Assembly: GCA_963836075.1 (NCBI GenBank)
Contig: CAWIIB010000009.1
Location: forward strand, 1,344,001 to 1,408,000
DNA length: 64,000 nt
Source: an uncultured Acidobacteriota bacterium
Lineage (GTDB): Bacteria; Acidobacteriota; JAQAZP01
Direction of reading: 5' to 3'
Under the pieces are notes generated by a model. It saw only the letters and a list, made by a program, of their open reading frames with translations, searched no databases and had not been told where the DNA came from. A program made the position numbers and the translations under genes. This document shows, in pieces, positions 28,568 through 39,415 of the stretch (positions are counted from its first letter, which is position 1; every line of letters starts with the position of its first letter).

Positions 28568-30792
28568 GGGGCATTCTCCGGCGGCACGGGCTCTGTCCGT
28601 TCCGGTTCCAGGGTATCCTCGAAGAACCGGATCAGCCGTTGGAAGATGTGCATGTGGGCGTTCTCTTCCCGCATGGAGTGGCCCTTGTCGGGGCAGATGA
28701 TCAGTTCGTATGCCTTGCCGGCTTTGTTGAGCGCTGCCGCCATTCTGGCCGTGTTGCGGAAGTGGACGTTGTCGTCGCCGGTGCCGTGGGCCAGCAGCAG
28801 TTTGCCCGCGAGGTTCTTCGCGTGGTTCACCGGTGCGGTGACCTTGTAGCCCCGCTCGTTTTCCGCGGGCAGGCCCATGTAGCGCTCGGTGTAGATGGTG
28901 TCGTATTCACGCCAGTCGGTCACCGGCGCCACCGCCGCCCCGGCGGCAAAGACTCCCGGTGAGCGGAGCATGGCGTTCAGCGCCATGGTGCCGCCGTAGC
29001 TCCAGCCGTAGATCCCGATCCGTTCCGGGTCCACGTAGGGCAGGGTCCGGAGATAGCGCACCCCGCAGAGCTGGTCCTCCAGTTCCTGTTCACCCAGGCG
29101 GCGGTCCACCGCCCGTTCCCAGGCCGCGCCGCGCCGCGCCGACCCGCGGTTGTCCAGCCAGAAGACCACGAAACCCCGCTGGGCCAGCAGCTGCAGCCAG
29201 AGGTTGGTGCTCGATCTCCAGCAGTCCCGGACCACCTGGCCGTGAGGGCCGCCATAGGTGTAGACCACCACCGGGTAGCGGCGGGAGCGGGACATGCCCG
29301 GGGGAAGGAGCAGGGCCGCGGGCAGCCGGGCCCCGTCGCCGGCGCTGACCTCCACAAAGGTGGGCGGGCGCAGGTGGTAGCGCCGCAGGTCATTGCCCGC
29401 CCCCTCGTGGATGATCCCCAGCAGGGTGCCGTCAGCCTGGTGCAGGGTGAACCGCGGCGGGCGGTGGCTCACCGAATGCCGGTCCACGTATGTGCGGCCC
29501 TGGGGGCTCATGGTGATGATGTGCCACCCCGGGGCCTGGGTGATGCGGGTCAGACCACTGCCGTCCAGCCGCACGCGGTAGAGGTGCTGCTCCAGCGGGC
29601 TCCTCTTGCTGGCGGTGAAATAGACAAAACCGGCTGCCTCGTCCAGGCCGGTGACCTTGTCCACCTGCCAGTTGCCGCCGGTGAGCCGCAGCGGTGCGCC
29701 GCCGACGGCGGGGTAGCGGTAGAGGTGCCGCCAGCCGTCCCGCTCCGAGCTCCAGATGAAACCGCCACCCTCCACAAATCGGAGGTCGTCGGAGATGTTG
29801 ACCCAACTGGGGTCGGTCTCCGCCAGCAGCAGTTCCATCTCCCCTGCACCGCCAACCTCAGCGGCCAGCAGTTCCAGCCGTTTCTGGTCCCGGTTCAGCC
29901 GCTGGAGGGCCAGCCGTTTCCCGCCGGGCATCCAGGTCAGGCGGGCCAGGTAGAATTCTCCGTCAAGACCCCGGCCCGGATCGATCCAGTGGACGGCGCC
30001 GCCGGAAGCGTCCACCACGCCCACTTTCACCCGGGCGTTCGCCTCCCCGGGCCGCGGGTAGTACTGCAACGTGATTTCGGGATCCGCCCCGCCATAGTTC
30101 ATCAGCGGCCACTGCCGGACCCCCGACTGATCGAAACGACAGAAGGCGATCCGCCGGCTGTCCGGGGACCAGCAATAGCCGGAATCGAGGTCCAGCTCCT
30201 CCTCGTGGACCCAGTCGGCCGCCCCGTTGATCAGCGGGCCGCCTCCGTCATCGGTCAGCCGCCGTTCCCCGCCGCCGGCGAGATCGACCACGTAGAGGTT
30301 CTGGTCCCGGACAAAGGCCACCCGGGCCGCATCGGGGGAGAACTGCGGGTCACTCTCCTCTCCCGCACCGCGGGTCAGTTGCCGCCAGCTATTTTCTTCG
30401 AGGTCCAGCAGGAAGAGGCCGCTGTCGGTTTCCGCCAGCAGGTGCCGGCCGTCCGGGGACCAGTGGTGGGCCCCGATCGTGGTGATCAGGCCCTGGTCGG
30501 TCTCGCTGTTCCCGGTGGAGGGAAGGGTCTGCGCCAGTTTCTCCGGCTTCCCCGTGGCCAGATCCATGGACAGCAGCCGGGTCTCCTCCCCACTTTCCAG
30601 CAGGAAACTGACCATGTTGTTGTCGGGAGACCATTGGAAATCGGAAGGGTTGTTGCCGGTCACCGGATTTTCGCCGTAGATCGCCTCCACGGTGAGCCGC
30701 TCGTGGATGTCCAGCGGTTCGGCGGCATGAATGACGGCGGGCAGCAGGGCGGCGATGAACAGCGGTAGCAGTGCGGACCAACGGGTCTTCAT
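28564..30792 (-). CDS. Dipeptidyl peptidase IV (S9B family)
   Basis: Signal peptide, DWVHEEE, YGGP, GWSYGG nucleophile, HGTGDDNVH. Confidence 0.95.
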   Translation of the reverse strand: MKTRWSALLPLFIAALLPAVIHAAEPLDIHERLTVEAIYGENPVTGNNPSDFQWSPDNNMVSFLLESGEETRLLSMDLATGKPEKLAQTLPSTGNSETDQGLITTIGAHHWSPDGRHLLAETDSGLFLLDLEENSWRQLTRGAGEESDPQFSPDAARVAFVRDQNLYVVDLAGGGERRLTDDGGGPLINGAADWVHEEELDLDSGYCWSPDSRRIAFCRFDQSGVRQWPLMNYGGADPEITLQYYPRPGEANARVKVGVVDASGGAVHWIDPGRGLDGEFYLARLTWMPGGKRLALQRLNRDQKRLELLAAEVGGAGEMELLLAETDPSWVNISDDLRFVEGGGFIWSSERDGWRHLYRYPAVGGAPLRLTGGNWQVDKVTGLDEAAGFVYFTASKRSPLEQHLYRVRLDGSGLTRITQAPGWHIITMSPQGRTYVDRHSVSHRPPRFTLHQADGTLLGIIHEGAGNDLRRYHLRPPTFVEVSAGDGARLPAALLLPPGMSRSRRYPVVVYTYGGPHGQVVRDCWRSSTNLWLQLLAQRGFVVFWLDNRGSARRGAAWERAVDRRLGEQELEDQLCGVRYLRTLPYVDPERIGIYGWSYGGTMALNAMLRSPGVFAAGAAVAPVTDWREYDTIYTERYMGLPAENERGYKVTAPVNHAKNLAGKLLLAHGTGDDNVHFRNTARMAAALNKAGKAYELIICPDKGHSMREENAHMHIFQRLIRFFEDTLEPERTEPVPPENAP

Positions 30793-30985
30793 CGGAGGCT
30801 CCTCATACTGGCCATTGCTGGCAGTGGCGGTTCCGGTGCTCCGCTGCAGAGTCTAGGCGAGCGCTTTGCCGCCGGTCAAGGCGGCCGCCGGTTGACAGCC
30901 CGCGGTGACCGCGAATACCCTTTACCCTCGCTGCGGCCGCGGCGTCTGGACGATTTGTTTTCACGAGAATACCGGAGTTGCCGAC

Positions 30986-33473
30986 ATGCGGAGAAACATC
31001 GTATTTCATGCCCCCGTTCTGATGATCATCCTTGGCTCTCTCCTCTTCCTGCCCTCCTGCGGGAAGACGGAGAGCGGTGAAGCGCAGCCCACCCCGGAGA
31101 GCGTGGCCGCGGAAACCGCGCAATCGGTCACCGGCGGACCCTCCGGTACTGCTGGTCACCGTGGATACCCTGCGCGCCGACCGCCTCTCCTGTTACGGGT
31201 ACACCGGCGGGTCCACTCCCTACCTCGACGAGCTGGCCGCCTCGGGCGCGCTGTTCGAGGACGCGGTTACCCCGGTCCCGATCACCCTGCCCTCCCATGC
31301 CACGATTCTCACCGGGCTCTATCCGTCGACACTGGGGATACACAACAACGGGACCTACCGGCTGGGGCAGCAGGCGGTGACCCTGGCCGAGCTGTTCCGG
31401 GACGCCGGCTACCGCACCGGCGCCTTTATCGGTTCCTACGTGCTCGACTCCGTGTTCGGCCTGGACCAGGGCTTCGACAACTATGACGACAAGATGCCTG
31501 AACGTCGCGGCACCGCCCTCACCCAGCGCCGGGCCGACCTGGTGGTCAGCTCAGCGGTGAAATGGCTGGCTGTGAAGAGCCCCAAACCGTTCTTCGCCTG
31601 GATCCATATCTGGGACCCCCATTTCCCATACACTCCGCCGGAGCCGATGAAGAGCCGGTTCCCCGACAACCCCTACTTCGGCGAAGTGGTTTTTGTGGAC
31701 GCCCAGATCGGGCTGCTGCTCAAGTCGTTGAAAGCGTTGGGGTTCGATGGTGAGAACCTGCTGGTGGCCCTAACCTCAGATCATGGTGAAGGCCTGGGCG
31801 AGCATGACGAATCGAGCCACGGAGTCTTTATCTACGACAGCACCCTGCGGGTGCCGCTGCTGATGCGGATGGGCGGGAAGATCGACGGTGGCCAGCGGGT
31901 TCCGCACATGGTGCGGACCCTCGACATCGCTCCCACCCTGCTCGACCTGGTGGGGCTCCCATTGCCCGACGGCATTGAAGGTGTGTCGCTGGTTCCGCTG
32001 ATGGCCGCTCCCGGCAGCACCGCGGCCCCGGCCGCCGACCCCGGGCTCAGTTGTTACCTCGAGTCGGTTTACGGCCAGGAGAATTACGGTTGGAGCCCGC
32101 TCTACGGCATCCGCACCGGCCAGTCGAAATACATCCGTGCCCCGGAGCAGGAGTTTTACCGTCTGGACCTCGACCGGGACGAACTGGACAACCGTTTTTC
32201 CGCCGAGCCGGACGCAGCCGGCGAGCTGGTTGATTCTTTCGAGACGCTGGCTGAACAGCTGACGGGCGGGGAGACCCTGGCCGACCAGGACTGGAAGCCT
32301 GCTGAGGGAGTGAAGTCGCAACTGGAGATGCTCGGCTATCTCTGGGTGCAACCGCCGAGCAGAGGGGGGGCGGCTGAAAGTGGCGCGGGTGTCGATCCCA
32401 AGATCATGATCAAGTGGGACGCCCGGCGAGAGGAAGGTCTGAAACTGATACGGCAGGGCAATTGGGACGAGGGGTTGAGCGTCCTGCGGGAGGTGGCCGC
32501 GGGTGATCCTGACAATCCGATGGTCTGGGAGAACATCGCCGAAGGAGAGATGGCCCGCCGCAACCAGGCCGCGGCGCTGGCCGCTGCCGAACGCGGTCTG
32601 ACTCTTCGTCCCCGAAACCCGAACCTCAACATCTTCAAGGGAACCCTGTTGATCCAGCTGGGCCGGGCAGAGGAAGCGATTCTCCATCTCAGTGAACAGC
32701 TGGATAGCCATCCGGACAAGGCCTCGATCCACTACCATCTCGGCGATGCGCTCTCCCTTGCCGGCCGGCGGGAGGAGGCGCTGGCCCAGTACAACGAGGC
32801 GGAGAAACTGGGCATGCGCAACCCCATGGTACCCTTTCAGCGGGGGATGGCCCTGTTCCAGGCCGGGCGGTACGGGGAAGCGGTGGAGGCGTTTCGCGAG
32901 GTGGTGCAGCTAAAGCCCGACTTCGCCGAGGCCTGGCTCAACATCGGGGTAAACAGTTTTCGCCTGAAGCGATACGAGGAGGCCAACGAGGCCTATGCCC
33001 GGGCCATCGAGCTGGACCCGGACAACGCCATGTTCCGGTCCACCTATGGCTATTTCCTCACGCAAACCCGCCAGACCGCCGAGGCGCTGCGGCAGCTGGA
33101 GCGGGCCCTGGAACTCGACCCTGATTCTGTGTGGGCGCACACCAACATGGCCTGGTTCTACTGTATGGGCGACAGCCAGGTGGCTGACCCGGACCGGGCC
33201 CTCTACCACTCGCAAAAGGCGGTGGAGCTCTCCGGCCCCACCCCGCCGGAGAACATCCTCAACACCCGTGCCGAAGCTCTGAGCCTCGCCGGGGAATATG
33301 AGGAGGCCCTGGCGCTGAACTCCCGGCTGCAGGCGACCCACCCGGACAACCCGTACTACGTCACGCAGCGCAAGCGTTTCGATAGTAACTGGTTCCTCGA
33401 TCAGCAGCGCCGGAAGGCGGCGGACCAGCAGGCGGCCGAGAAAAAGGCCGGGGCGGAAGTCAAAGCGCCGTAG
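30986..33473 (+). CDS. Sulfatase-like hydrolase with C-terminal TPR repeats, lipoprotein; frameshift near 31140-31146
   Basis: Lipobox LPSC in ORF 30905 frame; VTVDTLRAD, TLPSH, SDHGE, LEMLGYL and TPRs in ORF 31032 frame. Confidence 0.88.
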
Positions 33474-33485
33474 GGCGTATCCTGC

Positions 33486-36400
33486 CTACCGGCCCAGCAG
33501 TGCGGAGAAGAGATCGGTGACCGGGGTTGCGGGGAGCCGTCCCGGCTCCGTGCCGCCGGCGGACTCGATCAACCGCTGGATTTCCGTTCCGTCGCGGCAG
33601 GAGGGGCAGCCGCTGACCAGCCGGTCCACCGGCTGGTGTTTCACCGAGCGCATCAGTTCGGCCGCCACCTCGGTGCCGATGCGGGGGTGGAACAGGCGCG
33701 CCGAGCCGGAGAGCCCGCAGCAGTCGGTGAAGCTGGCCGTCTCGCCGTAGGCCATGGCCAGGAGCGCCTGCTGGGCCGCGGTGGCTTCGGCGCTGTTGTG
33801 GCAGGGCACCTTGAGCCCGGGCCGGCCCTGGCTTCTCAGGTCGGGCAACCGGGCGGGTCCACCGATCAACGCCTCGGCGGCCGGTTCGGCGGCATCCCGC
33901 ACCCGTATCACCCCCGTGGCGCCTCCCGCCTCTTCCAGCAGACCGGCCACCGGCTCCCACTGCCGTAGTTCCTGGACCATGCCGGCCACCAGTTCCCGGT
34001 AGCTCTCGTCCCGGTCGTGCCGCTGTGCCGATTCACGGATCTCCTCCTGGCAGGTGGGGCAGTTGGAAAAGACGGTCAGCGGCAGGGCCGCACCGCGCCC
34101 TCGCAAACGGGCCGCGGCCACCAGCAGTTCGGCCATGGTCCGGCTGCTCACCCGGGCTTCGGTCTCCAGATCCATCCCCGCCCGCCAGGGGAACCCGCAG
34201 CAGAGGTCGGCCTCCAGGTCGGCGAAGGAGATTCCGGCCATCCCGGCCAGAACCCGGTCGGCGGCGAGGCTGGCCCCGCCCCGGGCCAGGGAATCCATAC
34301 AGCCGCGAAAGCGGATCAGGGCGGGGGCGGGCTGGGCTGCTCCCGCGGGCCCCAGCACCAGGAAATTGTCGTCGGGGTGGACCCGCGTCCCCCGGGCCTC
34401 CGGGCGGTAACGGTGGAGGTGGAAGGGGGGCAGCGAGATGTATGTCTTGAGCCAGGCGGGCAGCGGGGCGGAACGGAGCAGCGCGCTCAGCGGCCGGCCC
34501 GCCTGCTGCAGCAGCGCTGCCGCGGTATAGAGCGTTCCCCGCAGGGGGTGGCGCTGCAGCATCAGGTCGTAGAGCAGGCCGGCGGCCAGGTTTTTCCCCG
34601 GCTGCAGGCCGGCCCCGGCCAGGCCGCGCCAGGCGTCCACCAGCGGGTGGAGGTCGATATCCGCCGGACAGGCCTGGTCACAGCGCCGGCAGTAGAAGCA
34701 CTTGGCCAGCCGCGGGCCGGTCTGCTGCAGCGGGGCGGCCAGCTCGTGGGGCAGCCCGTCCAATGAACTGAAATCGGCGCCGCCGCTGATGCCGAGAAAG
34801 CAAAGCTTCTCCAGGGCCAGCAGCAGGTCGCGTTTGGCCGGCAGCAGGCCCCGGCGGAAGCTGGCCGGGGAGAGGCCCCGGCCGCCCGCTTCCACCGCCC
34901 GGCGGCGCAGCCGGGCCTCGGCGTCGATCACCGGGCAGACCTTGCAGGCGTTGCAGCGGGTACAGTTGCGGGCCTCGCCCAGGGCGTGGGCCGCCGGCGA
35001 GCCTTCCGGCGCCCGGCCGGTTACCAGCCGGTGGGAGTGGGCCAGCAACCGCGCGTGCACCTGGCGGGAGATCCGCGAACGGAGAAAGATCGTCATCGGG
35101 TTGAACAGCCCCGAGGGATCGATGGCGTCCTTGACTGCGGCAATGCGCTGGAACTCCTCTTCCGAGATGTGGCCGAGGAAGAGCAGTGGCGCCTTGCCCG
35201 CCAGGCCGTGCTCGCCGGTAAAGGCGGCCCGCGGCTCCCCCTGCTCATCGGGTGAACAGAGCTCGGCCATTTTGCCGGTGAGCAGGCCCCAGGCGGCCGC
35301 CGCCTGGGCCTCGTCGTAGATGTCGAACCCGCCCACGTTCCAGTGCAGGATTGCTGAATCGGGCGGGTCGAGGTGGGCAAAGAAAATCGAGGAGAGTTGC
35401 GGGGCCGTGCGGTCGAAGCCGGTAAGCAGGGCGGCTGCTGTTTCCAGCTGGTCCAGACGCACCTCCGGGTCGGTCTTGCACTTGGTGCGCAACAGGGTGG
35501 GCAGTGTCTCCCGGGGCGCCTTGAGCGCTTCGGCCTCGGGGCAGCGCTCCCCGGCCATGCCGCAGGGGCGAGATGGAGACCCGGGCCGCGCCTGGCTGCG
35601 CCAGGGCGTTCAGCCGGTCCGCCTGCCGGTTCACGTCCTGCCCGGTTTCTCCCTCAATGTCGAGAACCACGTAGGCCTCGTCGCCAGGCCGCAGCCGGTC
35701 CGGGAAGCGGTCCAGCAGGTAGTCCTCGATGGCCTGGCGGGTGACGATTTCAAAGAACGGCGGCTGCTCGGCCGGCGGCTGCGATTTCACCGCGCGGACA
35801 AAGGCCAGGGCTTCCCCGGCCGAGGCGAAGATCAGCGCAGCGGTGCGTGCCCGTGCCGGCTGCCGCTCCAGCAGCAGGGTCAGTTCGCTGATCAGGCCGG
35901 TGCAGCCCTCGGCGCCGACGAAAAGACTCAGCGGCAGGGAGGGCCTGCCCGCACCCCGGCCGCTGCCGGCGGCCCGCCGCAGGACGTCCAGGTCATCCGG
36001 ACCCAGACCCCAGAACTTGGTGGTGGCCATGAAGGGGGTGCGGGGCAGCAGCATCAGCTCCCGGTCGGTGGGGGCAAAGCGGAAGCAGGCCCCGCCGTGG
36101 ACCACCGCCCGCCCCTCCAGCACCACCTCCTGAATCCTTTTGCCCGCGTGGGAGCCGGTGCCGGCGATGCCCCCCACCGAGGCCCGGGGGGTGTTGGGCC
36201 GGCAGCGCAGCACCAGGCCCGCCCGCTCGGCGGCGGTCACCACATCCGGCCAGGCCGCCCCGGCGCCGGCGGTGATCTTTTGCAGTCCCGGACCGAACCG
36301 CTGCTCCTCCTCGGCCTCCAGGGGCCGCGGTTCACCGATGCGGTTGATCCCCTTCAACGAGACGGTGAGCGCTCCGGCCATGGGCACCACGCCCATGTTG

Positions 36401-36894
36401 TACCCGCCGCCCTCACCGTAGGGGATCAGCGGCAGACCCAGCCCGGTGGCCAGCTGGACCAGGTCGCACAGCTGCCGCTCGTCGTGAACCACGGCCAGCC
36501 CCTCGCTGGTCAGGCAGCGGTATTCCATGGAGTCGCTGGAATGTGCCTCCCGGTCGACCCAGTTGAGCGAGAAGGCGGCCCGGCCGAGGATCCGTTCGAA
36601 CTCCCTGCGGTGAAGGAGGAGGGTGCTGCGGACCGCAAGCAGCTGATCCACCCGCTGCTCGATGAAGCGGAGCAGTGCCGGCGGGGTGGATTCCTTCAGG
36701 CGGGGCAGGAGATCCTGGTCCCATTCCTCGCGGTCCACCAGGGTGGGGAGGAAGGTGAAGGCGCCGCTGTAGTCGCCGCCACTGCCCGCCATCGGGGGGG
36801 CGGCGCCCAGGGGATCGAAGAGCGTCTCCAGGCTGCGGAGCCGCTGGTCCGTCTGATCCGACACGATTGAGGCCCTTTCCGGGGACGTCACCAT
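33486..36894 (-). CDS. FAD-binding / 4Fe-4S / CCG-domain oxidoreductase (GlcD-GlcF-type fusion), frameshifted near 35565
   Basis: PYGEGGG, ASVGG, VGAEGCTGLISE, GEHG, CTRCNACKVCP, CFYCRRCDQACP, CCG motifs across two ORFs. Confidence 0.8.
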
Positions 36895-36973
36895 GACCTG
36901 ACACCCCTGGCGGGCACTATATCGGTCGCTGAAAACGGGGTCAAGAAAGGGGTCGGGTCGGGACGACGTCGGT

Positions 36974-37297
36974 TCAGGAGTCGTCCTCGAGCACCGCCGC
37001 GGTGCCGTAGGCCAGGATCTCGGCGGCGCTGGCCATCATCATCGAGGTGGAGAACTTGACACCGATCACCGCGTTGGCGCCCAGCGCTTCGGCCTCGGCG
37101 ATCATGCGGTCGATGGACTGCTCACGGCTTTCGGCCATCATCTTGGTGTATTCCGGCACCTCGCCGCCCACCATGTTGCGGAACCCGGCCAGGATGTCCT
37201 TGCCCACGTGGCGGCAGCGGATGCTGTTGCCCCGGGCCAGGCCCAGCAATTTGACGACTTTTTTGCCCGGAACAAAATCGGTGGTGACCACGATCAT
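36974..37297 (-). CDS. YbjQ/UPF0145 family protein
   Basis: MIVVTTD..PG, GGEVPEY, AEALGANAVIG, EILAYGTA. Confidence 0.9.
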   Translation of the reverse strand: MIVVTTDFVPGKKVVKLLGLARGNSIRCRHVGKDILAGFRNMVGGEVPEYTKMMAESREQSIDRMIAEAEALGANAVIGVKFSTSMMMASAAEILAYGTAAVLEDDS

Positions 37298-37764
37298 CGA
37301 ATGACCCTCCTGTACTTGTCCTTGCCGTAGGACTTGAACCGGTCCACCAGTACCGAGACGAAAAGGAGCCCCAGGCCGGAACAGAGGCCGAAGACCATCA
37401 GTTTCACCAGCAGGTCCTCACTGGAGGTGAGGAACTGCCAGGCGCCGAAGGCCAGCAGGCAGGCGGACCAGATGATCACCATCAGCCAGCCCAGCCCGCG
37501 GGCGCCGCTGCTGAAAATGCCCTGCGCGTGCTCGTCCCACTCCTTCCTGGTCGGTTCCGCGAATTTCATGTCCATGGTCGCCTCCCTCAGACGCTTCAGT
37601 TCGCCCAGCTCCCGGCGCAGCTGCTCGCTGGCCTCGATGCGGAGTTCCACGAACTGCGCTTCGGCCTGGGTCAGCTCGCCGTCCAGATACCCGGAGAGCA
37701 GCCCTTCGTCGTGGAGCCGGCGGTGGTCCTGTGCTGTTCCGTCGGTCTTGTCCCTGCCGGTCAT
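37294..37764 (-). CDS. Putative membrane anti-sigma factor
   Basis: LLSGYLDGEL N-terminal motif, two TMs, directly downstream of ECF sigma. Confidence 0.75.
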   Translation of the reverse strand: MTGRDKTDGTAQDHRRLHDEGLLSGYLDGELTQAEAQFVELRIEASEQLRRELGELKRLREATMDMKFAEPTRKEWDEHAQGIFSSGARGLGWLMVIIWSACLLAFGAWQFLTSSEDLLVKLMVFGLCSGLGLLFVSVLVDRFKSYGKDKYRRVIR

Positions 37765-37767
37765 GCG

Positions 37768-38373
37768 CTATAACTCCTCGTCCTCTCTGGTCAGCTCTTC
37801 ACAGAGCCGGCGCCGGGCCTGGTGCAGCCGGGACATCACCGTCCCCTTGGGGATCTCGAGGGCCTCGGCCATCTCGATGTAGGAGAGGTCCTGGAAATCC
37901 CGCAGCACGAGGATGGTCCGGTGCTTTTCGTCCAGCCGGCCCATGGCGCGCCAGATTTTCGCCTTCAACTCGTTCTGCTCCACCAGCACATCCGCCGCGG
38001 GTGTGCGCTCGTCGCCCACGGTTTCGTGCAGCGGCCGGCCCGCATCGCCGTCCGGGCCCCGGCCCGGGTCGTCCAGTGAAACGGCCCGCCGTACGCGCCG
38101 CCGCCGCAGGAGATCGATGCACAGGTTGCGCACGATCCGCAGCAGCCAGGCCCCGAAGGGGCGGCCGGTATCGAACCGGCCGAGGTTGCGGTAGGCCCTG
38201 ATGAACGATTCCTGGGAAATGTCCAAAGCGTCCTCCCGGTTGCCCACGATCTGCAGGGCGAAGAAGAATGTCTGCTGCCGGTATTTTTCCACCAGCGGTC
38301 TGAACATTTCCTTGTTCCCTTTCCGGCAGGCTTCGATGGCCGAATCGCTCATCGAAGTCATCGGAAGTGGCAA
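37768..38373 (-). CDS. ECF sigma-70 factor
   Basis: DALDISQESF, FGAWLLRIVRNLCID, LSYIEMAEALEIPKGTVMSRL. Confidence 0.93.
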   Translation of the reverse strand: MPLPMTSMSDSAIEACRKGNKEMFRPLVEKYRQQTFFFALQIVGNREDALDISQESFIRAYRNLGRFDTGRPFGAWLLRIVRNLCIDLLRRRRVRRAVSLDDPGRGPDGDAGRPLHETVGDERTPAADVLVEQNELKAKIWRAMGRLDEKHRTILVLRDFQDLSYIEMAEALEIPKGTVMSRLHQARRRLCEELTREDEEL

Positions 38374-38602
38374 CCGTTCCGTTCATCGTTACCCCGATCC
38401 TCTCCACGTTTACGGGAGTCAGGCAAATTTATTCGATCGATTTCGGGAGGCAATCCGAAATATTCCCCAAGTTGTAGCAGAAAGCCGGTCAATTGCGCAA
38501 TCAGCGGCGGCCTTGCATCGGGGCACGCCTTTTTGCTACCGTCCCTTTTTCTGGATACGCAGCGCACCCGGCAGGGTTCGCTGCAGGGAGCGTGGTGCGG
38601 GC

Positions 38603-39415
38603 ATGAAACAGACCGTCGAAATGGGAATGTTCGTCAGGGAGCTGGGGCCGGCCCAGGCGCCCCTGACCCTGCTCTACCTGCACGGCCTGGGCGAATCGGG
38701 GCTCTGTTTCGAACGGGTCGTCGTCCACCCCGAGCTCTCGGGCTTCCGCCAGCTGGTTCCGGACCTCCCGGGATACGGACGCAGCGCCTGGTCCGCTGAG
38801 CCCCTGCCGCTGGTGGAGCAGGCCGACCTGCTGGCCCGCTGGCTCTCCTCCCGCGGCGAGGGCCCGGTGGTGCTGCTGGGCCACTCCATGGGCGGAGTGC
38901 TGGGCACGCTCTTTTGCGAGCGTCATCCTGCGGCGGTGCGGGCCTTTGTCAACGTGGAGGGGAATCTCAGCCCCGAGGACTGCGTCTTCAGCGGTCAGGC
39001 GGTGCGGATGGACGAGGAGCGCTTCGTCCACGGCGGGTTTTCGAAGATGCGCGAGCTGATCTACGCCCAGGGGGCCGGCCTGCCGGCCCACCGGGGCTAC
39101 TACGCCAGTCTGCGGCTCTGTGACCCGCGGCTCTTTCACCTGAACAGCCGCGAACTGGTGGCGACTTCGGCAGGGGAGGAGATGGCCGGTCGGCTGGCCC
39201 GTCTGACAGTGCCGGCCTGGTATATTGCCGGCATGCCGGATGGTGTCTGCGCCCGCTCACACCAGAACCTGGCGCGGGCGGGGATCGACCCCATCGTGCT
39301 CCAGCCCTCCGGCCACTGGCCCTTCATCGATCAGCGGGACCGTTTTGCCGCGGAGCTGGCAGGCATTCTCGATCAGCTGACCATCAGCCGACGACAGTCA
39401 CTTGCCCACCAGTAA
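38603..39415 (+). CDS. Alpha/beta fold hydrolase
   Basis: LHGLG, DLPGYG, GHSMGG, SGHW; ATG at 38603. Confidence 0.88.
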   Translation: MKQTVEMGMFVRELGPAQAPLTLLYLHGLGESGLCFERVVVHPELSGFRQLVPDLPGYGRSAWSAEPLPLVEQADLLARWLSSRGEGPVVLLGHSMGGVLGTLFCERHPAAVRAFVNVEGNLSPEDCVFSGQAVRMDEERFVHGGFSKMRELIYAQGAGLPAHRGYYASLRLCDPRLFHLNSRELVATSAGEEMAGRLARLTVPAWYIAGMPDGVCARSHQNLARAGIDPIVLQPSGHWPFIDQRDRFAAELAGILDQLTISRRQSLAHQ

